Part shown: piece by piece, positions 37,701 through 50,756 of the stretch
How positions within the stretch are numbered: position 1 is the first letter of the stretch
Layout of the letters: every line of letters begins with the position of its first letter
NCBI RefSeq assembly: GCF_963921235.1
Contig: NC_086108.1
Location: 11,656,001 to 11,720,000 of the forward strand
Source of the DNA: Mobula hypostoma
Lineage: Eukaryota
DNA length: 64,000 bases
Direction: 5' to 3'
The notes under the pieces: generated by a model
What the model was told of the DNA's origin: nothing
The model's database searches: none
Seen by the model: the letters and a program-made list of their open reading frames with translations, nothing else
Program-made: the position numbers and the translations under genes

Positions 37701-37829
37701 AGGACTGGTGTGTTTCTGTTTTTGATGCAGATTTCCCACAGCTGTTGTATTTATAGCAATTAGATTCTGTGACTCATTGGCTTTGCTCAGACATTTTAAC
37801 CAAACACCATTATGGCTAGCAGCGAGATC

Positions 37830-38630
37830 TGGACTAACTGGAAAAATGCGAGATCTGCGCTTTGGTAGGACCAACCAGTGTAGGTCTTACACATTGAGTG
37901 GTAGGGCATGGAGTGTGGTAGAACAAAGGGATCTGGGAATACAGATCCAAAGCTTATTGAAAGTGACATCACAAGTAGGTAGGATTGCAAAGAAAGCTCT
38001 TGGTACGTTGACCTTCATAAATCGAAGTATTAAGTACAGGTGATGGGATGTCATGTTGAAGTTGTATTGGACCTTAGTGAGGGCTGATTTGCAGTATTGT
38101 GTGCAATTTTGGTCACCTACCTACAGAAAAGTTTTAAATAAGTTGGAAAGAGTACAGAGAAAATATGCATGGATATTTCCCAGTCTGGAAACCCTAAGTT
38201 ATAAGGGAAGATTGAATAGGTTAAGACTTTATTCCTTGGAATGTAGAAGATTGAGAGGAGATTTTAGAGAGATATGCAAAATTATGAAGGGTATAGATAG
38301 GGTAAATGCAAGCAGGCTTTCTTCCACCAAGGTTGGGTGGAACTATAACCAGTGGTCATAGGTTAAGGGTGAAAGGTGAAAAGCTTAAGGGGAACATGAG
38401 GGGAAACTTCTTCACTCTGATGGTTATGAGAGAGTGGAATGAGCTGCCAGTACAAGTGTGAATGATATTAAAGCTTAGGAGAAGTTTGAATAGGTATATG
38501 AATGTGAGGGGTATGGAGGGCTATGGTCCCGGTGCAGGTCGATGGCAGTAGGCAGTAAAAATGGTTTGGCATAGACTAGATGGGCTGAATGGCTTTTTCT
38601 GTTCTATACTCTTTTATGATTCCATAACTC
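37830..38630 (+). mobile_element. CR1 3' fragment
   Basis: [19 protein letters not shown]...RRLRGD motifs. Confidence 0.85.
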
Positions 38631-38789
38631 TAAGCTTGGTGATTAGGAAGTTTAGGAAGTTAACTTTAGGAAGTTAACCAGGGCTAGACATACATAATGA
38701 ATTGCAGGTCCCTGTAGAGTTTTGTTGAACAGAGAGAACAAGTATATAGTTCCCTGCAAGTAGCCATGTATATAAATAGGGTAGTATAA

Positions 38790-40378
38790 AGGTAGATAAA
38801 TCTCCCAGACCAGATGGAATGCACCCGCGTGTTCTGAAGGAAGTAGCTGTGGAGATTGCGAAGGTATTCGTGATGATTTTTCAAAAGTCGATAGATTCTG
38901 GCATGGTTCCGGAGGACTGGAAGATTGCAAATGTCTCTCCGCTATTTAAGAAGGGGGCAAGGAAGCAAAAAGGAAATTATAGACCTGTTAGCTTGACATC
39001 GGTGGTTGGGAAGTTGTTGGAGTCGATTGTCAAGGATGAGGTTACAGAGTACCTGGAGGCATATGCCAAGATAGGCAGAACTCAGCATGGATTCCTTAAA
39101 GGAAAATCCTGCCTGACAAACCTATTACAATTTTTTGAGGAAATTACCGGTAGACTAGACAAGGGAGATGCAGTGGATGTTGTATATTTGGATTTTCAGA
39201 AGGCCTTTGACAAGGTACCACACATGAGGCTACTTAACAAGATAAGAGCCCATGGAATTACAGGAAAGTTACATACGTGGATAGAGCGTTGGCTGATTGG
39301 CAGGAAACAGAGAGTGGGAATAAAGGGATCCTATTCTGGTTGGCTGCCGGTTACCAGTGGTGTTCTACAGGGGTCCGTGTTGGGGCCGCTTCTTTTTACA
39401 TTATGCATCAACGATTTGGATTATGGAATAGATGGCTTTGTGGCTAAGTTTGCTGACGATACGAAGATAGGTGGAGGGGCCGGTAGTGCTGAGGAAATGG
39501 TTAGTCTTCAGAGAGACTTGGATAGATTGGAAGAATGGACAAAGAAGTGGCAAATGAAATACAATGCTGGAAAGTGTATGGTTATGCACTTTGGCAGAGG
39601 TAATAAACGGGCAGACTATTATTTAAACGGGGAAAGAATTCAAAGTTCTGAGATGCAACGGGACTTGGGAGTCCTCGTACAGGATACCCTTAAGGTTAAC
39701 CTCCAGGTTGAGTTGGTAGTGAAGACAAATGCAATGTTGGCATTCATTTCTCGAGGAATAGAGTATAGGAGCAGGGATGTGATGTTGAGGCTCTATAAGG
39801 CACTGGTGAGACCTCACTTGGAGTACTGTGGGCAGTTTTGGTCTCCTTATTTAAGAAAGGATGTGCTGACGTTGGAGAGGGTACAGAGAAGATTCACTAG
39901 AATGATTCTGGGAATGAGAGGGTTAACATATGAGGAACGCTTGTCTGCTCTTGGACTGTATTCCTTGGAGTTTAGAAGAATGAAGGGAGACCTTATAGAA
40001 ACATTTCGAATGTTGAAAGGCATGGACAGGGTGGATGTGGCAAAGTTGTTTCCCATGATGGGGGAGTCTAGTACAAGAGGGCATGACTTAAGGATTCAAG
40101 GGCACTCATTCAGAACAGAAATGTGAAGAAATTTTTTTAGTCAGAGGGTGGTGAATCTATGGAATTTGTTGCCACGGGCAGCAGTGGAGGCTGTCATTGG
40201 GTGTATTTAAAGCAGAGATTGATAGGTATCTGAGTAGCCAGGGCATCAAAGGTTATGGTGAGAAGGTGGGGGAGTGGGACTAAATGGGAGAATGGATCAG
40301 CTCATGATAAAATGGTGGAGCAGACTCGATGGGCCGAATGGCCGACTTTTGCTCCTTTGTCTTATGGTCTTATGGTGG
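38790..40378 (+). mobile_element. 5'-truncated CR1 with an uninterrupted 435-aa RT reading frame
   Basis: ORF 38819..40126 with YRPVSLTS, LDFQKAFDKVPH, QGSVLGP and KFADD; (TCTTATGG)n tail. Confidence 0.95.
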
Positions 40379-40549
40379 TGAGAACCTGTTTGGGTTCATT
40401 TGAATAATTGTTACAATGGTACAAACTGTTGTTTTGGTTGCACATGGAATATTGTGTGGCGTTCCAGTCATGGCATTACGGGAAGGGTATAGATTCAGCT
40501 TGAAAAGATGCAGGAAAGATTGACAATAACGTAGTTCTGCTTTGAAGGT

Positions 40550-41140
40550 TTTGATGCAAGGATGTAATATTGAGACTTTATGAAGCACTGGTGAAGCCTC
40601 ACTTGGAGTATTGTGAACAGTTTTGGGCCTTTTATTTAGGAAAGGATTTGTTGATATTGGAGAGGGTTCAGAGGATGTTCACAAAAATGATGCACGGATT
40701 GAAAGGCTTCTCATATGAGGGAGGTTTGATGGCTCTGGGCCTTGGTACTCACTGGAATTCAGAAGAATGAGGATGACCTCACTGAAACCTATCAAATATT
40801 GAAAGGCCCAGATAGGGTGGATGTGGAGTGGATATTTCCTCTGGTGGGAGAGTCTAAGACCAGAGGGCACAGCCTCAGAATAGAGAGACATCCATTTCAA
40901 ATGGAATTTCTTTTTCCAGAGAGTAGTGAATCTGTGGAATTCATTGCCACAGGGAGCTGTGGAGGCCAAGTCATCGGGTATTTTTAAGGCAGAGGTTGAT
41001 AGATTCTTGATTAGTCAAGGCACGAAGGGATAAGGAGAAAAAGCAGGAGGCTGGGGCTGAGGGGGGAATAGATCAATAGATCATCCATGAAGAAATAGCA
41101 GAGCAGACTCGATGGCCAAAGCTGCTCCTATATGTTATGA
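40550..41140 (+). mobile_element. CR1 3' fragment
   Basis: LYEALVKPHLEYCEQFW; SKTRGHSLRI. Confidence 0.85.
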
Positions 41141-41454
41141 AGAGACGTTATTTAGGATGGGTCTGTGTTCCCTGGAAGAAAAACAGCGCAGAGGTGATAG
41201 GATTGAGAGGAATAACATCATGAGATGAACAGAAAGGGTTAGGGAGACAGTACTTGTGTCCCATGGTAGGATTGTCCAAGATTAGAGAGCACTGGTTTAA
41301 GGTGAGAGGAGATCAGAAGGATACACGAAGAGGAGATGATATCTGGAATGAGCTATCAGAGGAATCGGAACCGGAACTAAGGTGAATCTGGACAGGTATG
41401 TAAACAAGTAGCACATAGAAGGAGATTAATGCAGGCAAGTGGACATGATGGTCA

Positions 41455-41860
41455 GACACCAACAGAATCAACAAACTCATTTGTAAAGCCAGTGATGTTG
41501 TGGGGATGGAACTGGACTCTCTGACGGTGGTGTCTGAAAAGAGGATGCTGTCCAAGTTGCATGCCATCTTGGACAATGTCTCCCATCCACTACATAATGT
41601 ACTGGTTGGGCACAAGAGAACATTCAGCCAGAGACTCATTCCACTGAGATGCAACACAGAGCGTCATAGGAGGTCATTCCTGCCCTTGGAGGGTCAGACA
41701 CCCTGAGCCAATAGGCTGGACTTATTTCCTGGCATAATTTACATCTTATTATTTAATTATTTATGGTTTTATATTGCTATATTTATACTCTATTCTTGTT
41801 TGGTGCAACTGTAACGAAACCCAATTTCCCTTGGGATCAATAAGGTATGACTATGACTAG
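41455..41860 (+). mobile_element. Rex/Babar-like 3' end (sister of 3738-4140)
   Basis: MGMELDSLTVVSEKRMLSKLH; (TATGAC)n tail. Confidence 0.75.
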
Positions 41861-42154
41861 ATATGAGAGCATGTCTCTGTAACTGCTTGGAAGTTGGTGC
41901 TGAGCTGCTTTCTTGAACAACTGTGGTCTTTCCTGGTGAGGGTGCCCTGGAATTCAGTGCCAGTGAGTTGGGAATTCCAATGGCTGAATTTTCTTTAAGG
42001 TTATTGCTTTATACTTTGTTTTGAAGGAGAGACAATAAATGGTTTGTGAAAGGCAGCCCTTGAATGTCCAAAGCTTGTCTACGTGATGGTGTTTGGTTAA
42101 GATGTCTGAGCAGGGCCAGTGAGTCATAGAACCCAAATGTCCAGAGCTTGCCTA

Positions 42155-43050
42155 GAGTCACAAAGTCATAGAAAAACACAACATGGAAACATGCCCCTTC
42201 AGCCATGTAAACTGCCTACTCCCATCCACTTATACCAGGACCATAGCCCTCCGTATACCTACCATTTAGTACCTATCTAACCTTCTCTTAGACATTGAAA
42301 TCAGGCTCACGTACACCACTTGTGCTGGGAGCTGGTTCCAAACTCTCACAACCCTCCGAGCAAAGAAGTTTCCCCTCATGCTACTTTTAAATTTTTCACC
42401 TTTCACCCTTAACCCTTGACCTTTGGTTTTGGTCCCATCCAACTTCAGTGGACAAAGTCTGCTTGCATTTACCTTATCTATACCCCTCATAATTTTGTAT
42501 ATCTATTCAATATTTTCTTATAACTCAGGTCCTCCAGTCCCAGCGACATCCTTGTACATTTTCTCTCTATTCTTTCAATCTTATTTGCATTCTTTCTGTA
42601 GGTAGGTGACTAAAACTGCACACAATACTCCAAATTAGGCCTCACCAATGTCACCAAATCTGTCCAAGTTAAATCTACCTACCCTACCTTGCTAACTTTC
42701 CAAGGTGACCTAACCTTAGACTTGTTTTTTCACTGTCCACTGTGCCAGCAACCATCCACATTCTCCTACAGATCATTATTGCATAGAAGGGACACAGCAC
42801 ACCATTAGACACAGTCTTCCAATCTGAAAATCAATCCTCCACTATGAACCTCTAACTCTCTTACCATTAAGCCAATGCTGTATTCCGTTGACTGACACAC
42901 TCACGGTCCCATGAGTTCCAGCCTCCCGGACTGGCCTACCTTGCAAAGCATCATCAAAGACTCTGCTAAAGTCTAAAAAGATCAGTGGCTATCACCCTGC
43001 CCTTGTCAATCATCTTGGTCACCTCTTCAAAAAACGCAATCAAATTCATG
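42155..43050 (-). mobile_element. Degraded CR1 fragment(s)
   Basis: MRGIDKVNASRL...NFFARRVVRVWNQLP (42266..42490). Confidence 0.75.
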
Positions 43051-43051
43051 A

Positions 43052-43175
43052 GTACAAGAGATTCTGTAGATACTGAAAATCCACAGTAACACACACAAAA
43101 TGCTGGAGGAACTCAGCAGGTCTATGGAAGGGAATAAAGAGTTGATATTTCAGTCCAAGACCTTTCATCAGGATG
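43052..43175 (-). mobile_element. Short Penelope pseudo-LTR fragment with degenerate hammerhead
   Basis: Reverse complement reads catcCTGATGAaaggtcttggactGAAAtatcaact...ctgctgagttcctccagcattttgtgtgtg. Confidence 0.72.
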
Positions 43176-43202
43176 TGATTTCACATGCCCAAAAGCTATG
43201 CT

Positions 43203-43607
43203 TGTCATGAGCCCTGCGGGCTTTACAGCTTGAGGCCACAGGGTTTCTCCAGCACCTGCATTTATTGATTGTTAAGCCCAGGTGCTTTTGGTTTAATCTT
43301 GCCAAGTTAATTGGAACTGACACATTAAAGAGAAATCTTGTTTCGGACTCGGTTGGAGTCCTTGTAGAGAATAATTTGTCTCGTGGTGGCTCTCAGTGCT
43401 GTGTTGGTATACCTGTGTCTAGCCTCTTGTTTCAGGCTCTTATGGGCAGTTCGCTTTTCTTCTACTCCTGGGTCAAGTCATTGCCAATGTTTACTGTGAT
43501 GGACTCCACCATCCGCAGCACCTGGGTTGAGTCATTGCCAGCGCCCACAGTGACAGAGTCTGCCTTCTTTGTGCTTGGATCCATTCCTGCGAGCGTGCAG
43601 CATAACA
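43203..43607. mobile_element. Solo LTR (405 bp)
   Basis: Termini tgtcatg...cataaca; perfect 5-bp TSD atgct at 43198-43202 and 43608-43612. Confidence 0.82.
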
Positions 43608-43679
43608 ATGCTAACTATCCTTAAATAATCCTTGCCTTTCCAAGTGTATTTCAGTGTTTCATTGGTTCACCACGCACTC

Positions 43680-44060
43680 AAAATCAGAATTAGGTTTAAC
43701 ATCACCAGAATATGTCATGAAATTTGTTATCTTTGTGGCAGCAGTACAATGCAATACATAATAACAGAAAGAAAAATACTGAATGAGAGTAAAGACATAC
43801 ACTATTAATAACTGATGCAAATTTAGAAAAGAAGTAGTGGGGTAGTGTTCATGGGTTCAATGACCGTTCAGAAATCAGATGGCAGAGAGGAAGAAGCTGT
43901 TCCTGAATCGCTGCGTATGTGACTTTAGGCTCCTGTACCTCCTTCCTGATGGTAACAGTGAGAAGAGGACATGTCCTGGGTGATGGGGGTCCTTAATGCT
44001 GGGCGCCACCTTTTTGAGGCATCACTCCTTGAGGATGTCCTAGACTCTACAGAGTGAATC
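43680..44060 (-). mobile_element. Rex/Babar-like 3' fragment
   Basis: aatcagaattaggtttaacatc tail and 'aagaagctgttcctgaatcg'. Confidence 0.75.
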
Positions 44061-44749
44061 AGTAACGGCTCCTGTGTTCAGTGGTAACTGCTGCAATGAC
44101 TCCAGTCCATATTCCAGTGGAGTAGAGACCAGATGTGTGGTAATGTGTTGGTGCATTATGAACAGTATTTGGATGACTCTGCAAGCAGCTGTAAGCTGCA
44201 GGAGGACCGATTGTTGCTTGTTACATGAATGAGCCAAGATAAGCCAAATGACTGTCTTCATCCATGACTATTCTGCGAGCTTAGACAATAAAATGCTCCT
44301 GAACAGCAGTGGGTAGAATTCATTTTCAGAACTGTGCCGTTCTGTGATTGGAAACGCCCCTCACAAAGTGAAGGCAGCCCTCGCCTGCCAAAACACAGGC
44401 AATTCACAGTCCGATGAATCCCTTCTCGTACTTCATGTAGGACATGTCACCCAGGACATGTCCTCTTCTCACTGTTACCATCTGGTTTACGATATGTTTG
44501 AAGTTAGGGTAATTGATTGGCCTCGCCCTGTTTGTTCCGTTAATTCCCTTCAGCAGATTGTTCACTTGCCATTTCGTTAATTTGTACTTTTTATCTTTAT
44601 TCCATTTGCTGCATGTGTCTCACTGCCGGTGTCAATTATATTCTGAAGTATCAGTCACAAACTCATGATCTCCTCAGCTACTTCACCATCTTCAGCTCCT
44701 CTGTCTCCACTCCCACTCATGTCCTTGAAAACATCTCTCTGTTCACTCT

Positions 44750-45170
44750 TCTGTCACTGTGAAGCTACTCTCAGGTTGGAGAAGCAACACCTCTTCTTCA
44801 GTCTGGGTAGCCTCCAATGGCATGAACATCAATTTCACCCAGTTCTGGTAATTTCTCTTCCCCTCTCCCTTCTTTCTTTTTTCCATTCCCTGTTCTGGTT
44901 CCCCTCTCAGCCAGTCTCCTCCTCTGTCTATCACCCCTCTGTGGTTCCTCTCCTCCTTCCCTTTTCTTCCATGGTATAGTCCTCACCAATCGCCTCCCAG
45001 CTTCTTACTTCATTCCCCCCTCCCCTCCCCACCCACCCACCTCCCTCCTCACTTGGTCTCACCTGTCATTCACCAACCCCTCTCCCCTGCTCATCCACCT
45101 TCCCTTTTATCAGATCTTACCAATCATCTTTGAGAGTCTCAATTTATCCCCTCTTCCCCACTCAGCCGCC
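44750..45170 (+). mobile_element. Penelope 3' fragment
   Basis: EATLRLEKQHLFFSLGSLQ motif followed by a pyrimidine-rich UTR, as in 57100-57500. Confidence 0.75.
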
Positions 45171-45397
45171 TCCTTCCTGATGGTCGCAATGAGAAAAGTG
45201 CATGTGCTGGGTGATGGGGGTCCTTAATGATGGATGCCACCTTTCTGAGGAATCACTCCTTGAAGATGTCCTGAATACTATGGAGGCTAGTGCCCATGAT
45301 GGAGCTGACTAAGTGTACAAACCATTGCAACTAATTTCAGTCTTTTGCAGTAGCTGCCCCATACCAGATGGTGATGCAGGCAGTTAGAATGCTCTCC

Positions 45398-48300
45398 ATC
45401 AGATATAGGAAAAGAATTAGGCCATTTGGCTCATTGAGTCTAATCTGCCATTTCATTATGGCTGTTCCAATTTTTCTCTCAGTCCCATTCTCCTGCCTTC
45501 TCCCTGTATCCTTTCATGACCTGACAAATCATGAACCTATCTACCTCTGACTTAAATATACATAAAGACTTGGCCTCCATACCTACCTGTGGCAAAGAAT
45601 TCCACAGATACACCACTCTCTGGCTGAAGAAATTGCTCCTCATTTCCGTTCTCAAAGGACACCCCTCTATTATGAGGAAGTGTCCTGTTGGCCAGAAGCA
45701 ACTACAGTCTGATCAAGGACAGGGTGAGCAGACAAGCCAGTTGTCTTTGTTTCCCCCATTTTGTGGACTCTGAACTGATTCTTGCTCTTGGATAATCTAA
45801 TCAGACCAACTGAATGTGGACACAGGAAGCTTCAGGTAATGATCTGCTGAATCTGAGACCCTTCTCAAACAAGTAGCTATTTTGTTACGTAAAGTGGGTG
45901 GACTCTGAACTGATTCTCGACTCTAGGACAATATAACCAGAGCAATTGAATGTGGACACAGTTGTGGAGACCATTCTCAGAGGAGTAGCTACTTGTTATA
46001 TAAAATGCCAGACCTACCAAAGAATCAATCTGTAATCTCGTTAGACTCTGGCTGGGTTGCCTCATTTAACTGGTTTGGACCCAGTCAGAGTGTAAAGACA
46101 CAAATACACAAGGCTGGGGTGGGCAGAGCCATGAAACAGCGTTGGTTGTAGCCCTATACAATGACCAGTAAGAAGGTGACCCAGGTCAGTCAGGTGACCT
46201 TGAGCCAATGGGATGGAGATCCAATGGCTGAATTGATGAGGAACTGTATAAGACTCAGGAGCTCCAAATATTCAGGGGCAATAACTCTCCAGCAGCCAGA
46301 GACCAACCATCACCGATAAGGAGGACCCCACGGACATGTAGAAATTGGGACCATGAGGAACGCTTGGCCAGCGTAGACTACTTTCGCAGGTAATAACTTT
46401 TCTCTTCATTGACTGTTCATGGAGGGTCAGGGGTTCTAGTAGGGTGCACCCAGGTAAATAGAATGTGAACCCATGCGCTTTTTAGTTGAAATAATAAAAG
46501 TTACTTGTTGGTAAATACAGATTCTCTGTACCTCACTGACCATTATTACAAGGGGTGATTTTTGTAACAGTTCTCTGGTCTTAGACTCTCCCATCATGGG
46601 AAACACCCTCTCCACATCTACTCCATCAGGCCTTTCACCATTCGATGTCACCCCTCATTCTCCTGAATTCAAGTGAATACAGGCCCAGAGCCATCAAATA
46701 CTCTTTGTATGATAAGCCATTCAAATCTGGAACCATCTTTGTGAAGCTCCTTTGAACCCTCTCCAGTTTCAGCACATTATTTCTAAGATAAGGGGCCCAA
46801 ATCTGCTCCAAGTGGAGGTCTCACCAATGCTTTATAAATTCTCAACATTATATCCCTGTCCTCTTGATAAGAATGTTAATATCACATTTGCCTTCCTCAC
46901 CATGGACACCACATAAAAAATAAGCTTTAGAGAATCTTGCACAAGGACACCCAAGTCCCTTTGCACCTCAGATTTTTGTATTTTCTGTCCATTTGGAAAA
47001 TAGTCAACTCTTCCCCTTCTTCGACCAAAGTGCATTACCATACACTTCCTGACACTGTATTCTGTCTGCCATTAATTTGTCCATTCTCCTAATCTGTCTA
47101 AGACCTTCTGTAGCCTCTCTACTTCCTCAGAAGCACCTGTCTCTCCACCTATCTTCATATCATATGCAAAATCTGCAACAAAGCCATCAATTCCATCATC
47201 CAAGTCTTGACGTAGAACGCAAAAAGAATTGTGTTCCTTTATTCCATTTATTCCCACTCTTTGCCTCCTGCCAGTCAGCCACTACTTTATCCATGCTAGA
47301 ATCTTTCTAGTAGTACTGTATAATAAATAGCTTGTTAAGCAGCCTCATGAGTGGCACCTTGTCAAAGGCCTTCTGAAAATCCAAGTTCACAGCATCAACT
47401 GATTCTCCTTTGTCTATCCTGCTTGTTATTTCTTCAAAGAATTCCAACAGATTCCAACAGGTTTTCCCTTGAAGAAACCAACATCTTCCCAACCATTGAA
47501 GTCAGACTAACTGGCCTATAATTTCCTTTTTCTGCCTCTCTCCCTTCTTGAAGAGTGCAGTGACATTTGCAACTATCCAGTCTTCCGGAACAATTCCAGA
47601 ATTGAGGTGATTCTTGAAAGTTCATTAGTAATGCCTGCATCATCTCCTCAGCCACCTCTTTCAGAACCCTGGGGTGTGCACCATCTGGTCAGGTGACTTA
47701 TCTACTCCAGACTTTCAGTTTCCCAAGAACTTTCTCTCTAGTCATGGTAACCCTCAACACTTCATGTCACCTGACATCTGGAACTTCCACCATAATGCTA
47801 GTGTCAAAATATTTATTGTATTCAGTGGTCCGATATCCACTCGTGACTCTCTTTTAGACTTTATGTATCTGACGAAACTTTTGGTATCCTAGTTAATGTT
47901 AGCGGCTAGCTTACTTTCATATTCTACTTTACCTTCTCAATGACTTTTTAGTTGCCTTCTGTTGGTTTTTAAAAGCTTCCCAATCCTCTAACTTTCCACA
48001 AATGTTTGCTCTATTATATGCCCTCTCTTTGGCTTTTATGTTGGCTTTGACTTCTCTTGTTATCCACGGTTATGTCATCTTGCCTTTAGAATACTTCTTC
48101 TTTGGGATGTATACATTCTGTGTCTTCTGAATTGCTCCCAGTAATTCCAGCCATTGCTGCTCTGCCATCATCTCTGCCAGTGTTCTTTTCCAATCAATTC
48201 CGGCCAGCTCCTCTTTCATGTTTCTGCAATTCCCTTTACTCCACTGTAATACTGATACATCTGACTTTAGCTTCACCTTCTCAAATTTCAGGGTGTATTT

Positions 48301-49620
48301 GATCACATTATGATCACTTGTCCCTAAGGATTCTTTCATCTTAAACTCTCTAATCAATTCTGGTTCATTGCACAACACCCAGTCAAGAATAGCTGATGTC
48401 CTACCAGAATCAACCACCAGCTGCTCTAAAAAGCCATCTATTCGGCACTCTAGAAATTCCCCTCCTGCCATCCAGCACCAACCTGATTGTCTCAATCTAC
48501 CTGCATATTGAAGTCACCATGACTATTGCAACATTGCTGTTTTGGCATGCATTTTCTATCTTCTGTTGTAATTTGTAGACCACATCCATATTACTGTTTG
48601 GGGGTTTGCATACAACTCCCATCAGGGTCTTTTTACCCTTACAGTTCCTTAGTTCTATCCACAATGACAATGTACCTTCCGATCGTGAGATCTCTTTCTA
48701 ATGATTTGATTTCATTTTTTATCAACAGAGCAACATCACTCTCTCTGCCTTCCTGCCTGTCCTTTTGATGCAATGCCTATTCTTGGACATTAAGCTCCCA
48801 GATATAATCTTCTTTCTGCCATGAGTCAGTGATGCCTACAATATCATACCTGCCAATCCGTAACTGTGCTACAAGTTCACTGACCTTATTCTGTATACTG
48901 TGCACATTCAAATATAACACCTTCAGTCCTGTATTCACCCTTTTCAATTTTGTTCATCTTTTATATTGCAATTTTGCTCTATCAACAGCCTCTCCTCACC
49001 ACACATTGCCTCTGTTTTTAAACCAGCTACCTCATCTTCAACACTATTATCCACCTTTCCTCTGATATTTCTTACGTTGAAATATATACAGCTCAGTACA
49101 CTTTGGTTCCCATCCCCTTACAACTCTAGTTTAAACCCCACCATGCAGTATTAATAAACTTTCCCAATCGGATATTAGTTCCCTTCCAGTTCAGATCAAA
49201 CCATCCATTCTGTACAAGTCCCACCTTCCCTGGAAGAGAGCTCAGTGATCCAAAAATCTTATGGCCTCCCTCCTGCTCCAGCTCCTGCACTGGCTGCTTA
49301 ACCTCTTTCCCCCTCCTGACTGCCACCCAGTCTCCCGTGTCCTGCACCTTGGGTGTAACTACCTCTCTGTGTGTCCTATCTTTCACCCCTTCAGCCTTTC
49401 CAGTGATCTGGAGTTCATCCAGTTCCTGCTCCAGTTCCTTAACACAGATTGTTCAAAGCTGCAGCTGGATGCATTTCTCACTGTTGTAGTCAGCAGGGAC
49501 ACTGGAGGTCTCCCTGCCTTCCCACATCCTGCAACAGGAGTGTTCCGCTATCCTGATTGGCATTTCTACTATCCAAACTGAGCAGATATAAAGAAGGGAA
49601 GCAGGAAATTGCTAACCTTG
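45398..49620 (-). mobile_element. Old, heavily degraded CR1 (ORF1 remnant through 3' end) split by a solo LTR
   Basis: Fragments LDFQKAFDKVP (47307..47492), ILDWVLCNEP (48070..48495), and ORF1-like WVAVRRGK and GTNI (49126..49386). Confidence 0.85.
45686..46569 (+). mobile_element. Solo LTR (884 bp)
   Basis: tgtt...aaca termini; 4-bp TSD gtcc/gttc (45682-45685 and 46570-46573, one mismatch); CCAAT at 46205 and 46221, TATA-like at 46247, AATAAA at 46493. The CR1 sequence rejoins across it. Confidence 0.82.
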
Positions 49621-50756
49621 AACTTTCTTTTCCTTCCTCTGACTGAAGCGTCTCTTCGCTGAGGCCTCAAGATCTGATGGCTGCTGTGTTTGCTTTAATT
49701 TGCTCTTGCTAATCATTCACAAGTGCCAAGTGGTCACTGGTCAGAGCTCTTTTCCTCTGTAGCGACCCTCCACTGGCTTTTCAATTCGAGCAGTGGAGCT
49801 GAGTGAAATTCCCACCTCTCAAAACTTCAGATGTCCGGATTGGTCACTGGTCAAAGCCCTTTTCCATGGTACATCTGTAGAGATGTGTGAGGGTCTTTGG
49901 TGGCAACTCAAACTCCGAATGAAATATAAATGCTGTTGTGCCTTCTTTGTAGCTGTATCGACATGTTGGGTCCACGATAGATTCTCAGAGATGTTGACAT
50001 CCAGGAAATTGAAATTGCTCACTCTTTCCACTTCTGATACCCTCTATGATGAATATTGTGTGTTCCCTCATCTTGCCTTTCCTGAAGGCTGCAATCAGTT
50101 CTTTGGTCTTACTGATGTTGAGAGCAAGTTTCTGCTGTGTCACCTCTCAACTTGCTGATATATCTTGCTCCTCTATGCCAAGAAGTCTCTACTGCTTCCC
50201 AGGGCAGAGAATTCTACAGATTCACTACTTTCTGGGAAAAGCAGTTACTTCTCATGTCCGCTCTAAATCTGCTCCCCTGAATCTTGAAACTATAACTCTT
50301 AGGTCTAGCCTTACTTACTAGTGGAAACAACTTTCCTGGCTCTATCTTATCCATCACTTTCATGATTTAATATGATTCTGTAAGATCGCTTCTCATTCTT
50401 TGGAACATCAGTATGACCAAAGAACTGATTGTGGACTTTAGAAAGGGTAAGGCAAGGGAACTCACACCAGTCCTCATGGAAGGATCAGAACTGGAAAGAG
50501 TGTGCAACTTAAAGTTCCGTGGTGTCAATATCGCTGAGTACCTAACCTGGACCCAACATATGTATCACCAAAGACACTTGCAAATTTCTGCTGATGAACC
50601 GTGGAGGGCATTCTAACTGGCTGCGTCACTGTCTGGTATGTGGGGAGGGACTAATGCACGGGATCAAAATGAGTTGCAGAATAATAAGGTACTGGATCTG
50701 TTGGGCCAAAAGACCTGTTACTGTGCTGTATCTCTAAATGTAAACTTGGGGGAAGG

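Noticed and set aside
43265..43624. 119-aa ORF as a host exon
   Set aside because: Lies almost entirely within a TSD-flanked solo LTR and has no recognisable domain.
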